This document shows, piece by piece, positions 62,553 through 64,000 of a stretch of DNA of 64,000 nt (within the stretch, counting starts at the first letter, position 1; every line of letters begins with the position of its first letter). Both the position numbers and the translations under genes were made by a program. The DNA lies in contig CBFDEM010000032.1 of NCBI GenBank assembly GCA_965603825.1, forward strand, positions 62,001 to 126,000, in the 5' to 3' direction. The notes under the pieces are model-generated. The model was given only the letters and a program-made list of their open reading frames with translations. It searched no databases and was not told the origin of the DNA. Origin of the DNA: Blepharisma stoltei ATCC 30299 (taxonomy: Eukaryota > Protista > Ciliophora).

Positions 62553-63422
62553 TTAAGGCTTATTTTCTTCTTCGCTTAATATTTCTTGTAGCTCCTGCTT
62601 TCTTTTTTTCACTTTTTCTTTTTTTCTCAATTTTCTTTTGTTCCAAGTTACTACTTTTTCTGAGTTTAGTTTTTTTGGTTCTCCTTTAAGTTTTATCTCT
62701 CCAGGAGGTTCTCCTACTTCAAATTCTTTCATTACAAATTTCCTCATAGCACTTGGGTCAGTGAACATTATTAATTCTTCTTGTTGAGGACTCGGATTTG
62801 TAAATTCTGCTTGTGAGATGCTGCTCCTGCGGTTACCATATATAAAATACTTCAAATAGCCGATAAATGAGCTTGAATGGCGTGCCAAATGTCGAGAATA
62901 TCTTTCAATTTCTATTTGAAAATCAGGGTGGTAAATAGCTGCCAATGATGGCAAGTAATTAAAAGAAATTTCGACTACGTTACTGATCATGGTTTCTATT
63001 TCTTCTTCAGAGAGTTTAGAAGATATATCAATATCATAGTCGAAAAACAAGGACTGGAGCTTCTCTTTTGGCTTGCTTTTACTAAGAATAATACCCATGG
63101 ACACGAGTTTCTTGGTAGAATATTGGACTTCTCTATCTTCTTGTAAAGTTCGTTTTCTTTGAAGCAGTCGATAGTATTGAGACTCCACTGGGATCTCTTT
63201 GAATTTGTTATAAAATTGGGCTTTTTCTTCTGATAGTGAGATTCCAAGTTCAGCGAATGCTTGCTCGAGCTGATGCTGTTGTAAATGGAATTCAGGCGAA
63301 TATCGATGAAATGTCTTTACTAGTTGGTCACTGGAAAATCTAGAGAAACCGAGCTTATCTTGAGCATCAATTACAAAACTTTCTTCAAGTTCCCATTTTG
63401 CTTTATCACGAATGCATCCCAT
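62553..63422 (-). CDS. MGC-acylated protein with calcineurin-B/NCS-like EF-hand (289 aa)
   Basis: KEKLQSLFFDYDIDISSKLSEEEIETMI and a basic C-terminus. Confidence 0.7.
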   Translation of the reverse strand: MGCIRDKAKWELEESFVIDAQDKLGFSRFSSDQLVKTFHRYSPEFHLQQHQLEQAFAELGISLSEEKAQFYNKFKEIPVESQYYRLLQRKRTLQEDREVQYSTKKLVSMGIILSKSKPKEKLQSLFFDYDIDISSKLSEEEIETMISNVVEISFNYLPSLAAIYHPDFQIEIERYSRHLARHSSSFIGYLKYFIYGNRRSSISQAEFTNPSPQQEELIMFTDPSAMRKFVMKEFEVGEPPGEIKLKGEPKKLNSEKVVTWNKRKLRKKEKVKKRKQELQEILSEEENKP

Positions 63423-63618
63423 TATAAAATAGCGTTATTATGGCATGATCTTTGGCATCAGTATGGCTTGCTTCTTTTTTTATGTAAATTCTAGCAAATA
63501 TTAAGCTGATTAATTTATCACAAACTCTAAAGAAATTTATACTCTAAGGGAACTGCTATTTGAATCATGAGATATAATTAAATTTTATTTTTAAGAAATA
63601 ACTATTTATATGTGTATT

Positions 63619-64000
63619 TTAAATTTTCCCAGTTTCTTCTATATCAAACTGATTAAGAGCTTCTGGGTTTACAGTCTCCATAATGTCCACAATTTGTTCA
63701 GCCACTGCTGAAAAATGAGCTGTTTCTTTATTCCTTGACAATCTATCCAATTCATTTCTATATCTAGTGTTTCCTCTCTCAAGGTAAAACAAATTCATCA
63801 ATGGCTTAGCCAGAACCATTTTATTTCACTCAGATCCAGACTCTTCTAAATATCTATCACAATACTCTGCATACTGCAAAATAATTTCTCTTCTATTTAA
63901 TCCTTGATCAGGGACTCCATAATACATGCTATCCATATTTCTAAAAAGCCATGGATAATTATAAGCAACCCTCCCAATCATAACTCCTAGTCCTCTCTCT
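63619..64000 (-). CDS. dusA: tRNA-dihydrouridine synthase, DusA-type (C-terminal part; gene runs off the window)
   Basis: GVMIGRVAYNYPWLFRNMDSMYYG...LNRREII..Y...SE-W(TGA 63826)...KPLMNLF. Confidence 0.75.

Noticed and set aside
12064-63828. Many genes apparently broken by TGA (mass pseudogenisation or selenoproteins)
   Set aside because: Frames continue cleanly and TGA falls at conserved Trp positions, not Cys/Sec positions.
1-64000. Telomere repeats, transposons, rRNA, prokaryotic operons
   Set aside because: None recognised by eye. The content is eukaryotic (spliceosomal introns, ciliary genes).

Overview
This is AT-rich, gene-dense eukaryotic DNA, most consistent with the somatic (macronuclear) genome of a heterotrich ciliate of the Blepharisma type. 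Two features explain why the supplied ORF track is fragmented. First, UGA encodes Trp: I found about 37 in-frame TGA codons, many at invariant Trp positions, and every gene model ends in TAA or TAG. Second, the introns are only 15-16 nt long (11 found, all GTR...YAG with TA at positions 9-10). Rebuilding genes with these rules gives about 43 protein genes and one tRNA-Leu(AAG). Recognisable genes include SHMT, LZIC, ABHD17, CDPKs (one CDPK7-like EF-PH-kinase), WDR34, a TBC1D5-like RabGAP, eIF2-gamma, a SAXO-like protein, ATG8, an ODAD1-like protein, an ADP-ribosylhydrolase, an RBR E3 and a DusA-type synthase. The most notable candidates are: a >4,420-aa protein with nested acidic repeats and a C-terminal Sfi1-like (centrin-binding-type) region; an F-box fused to cullin N-terminal repeats; a SIN1-like protein lacking its PH domain; and a cluster of lipid-anchored small proteins including an AKAP-like microprotein. 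All family calls are from motif recognition by eye; no searches were run.
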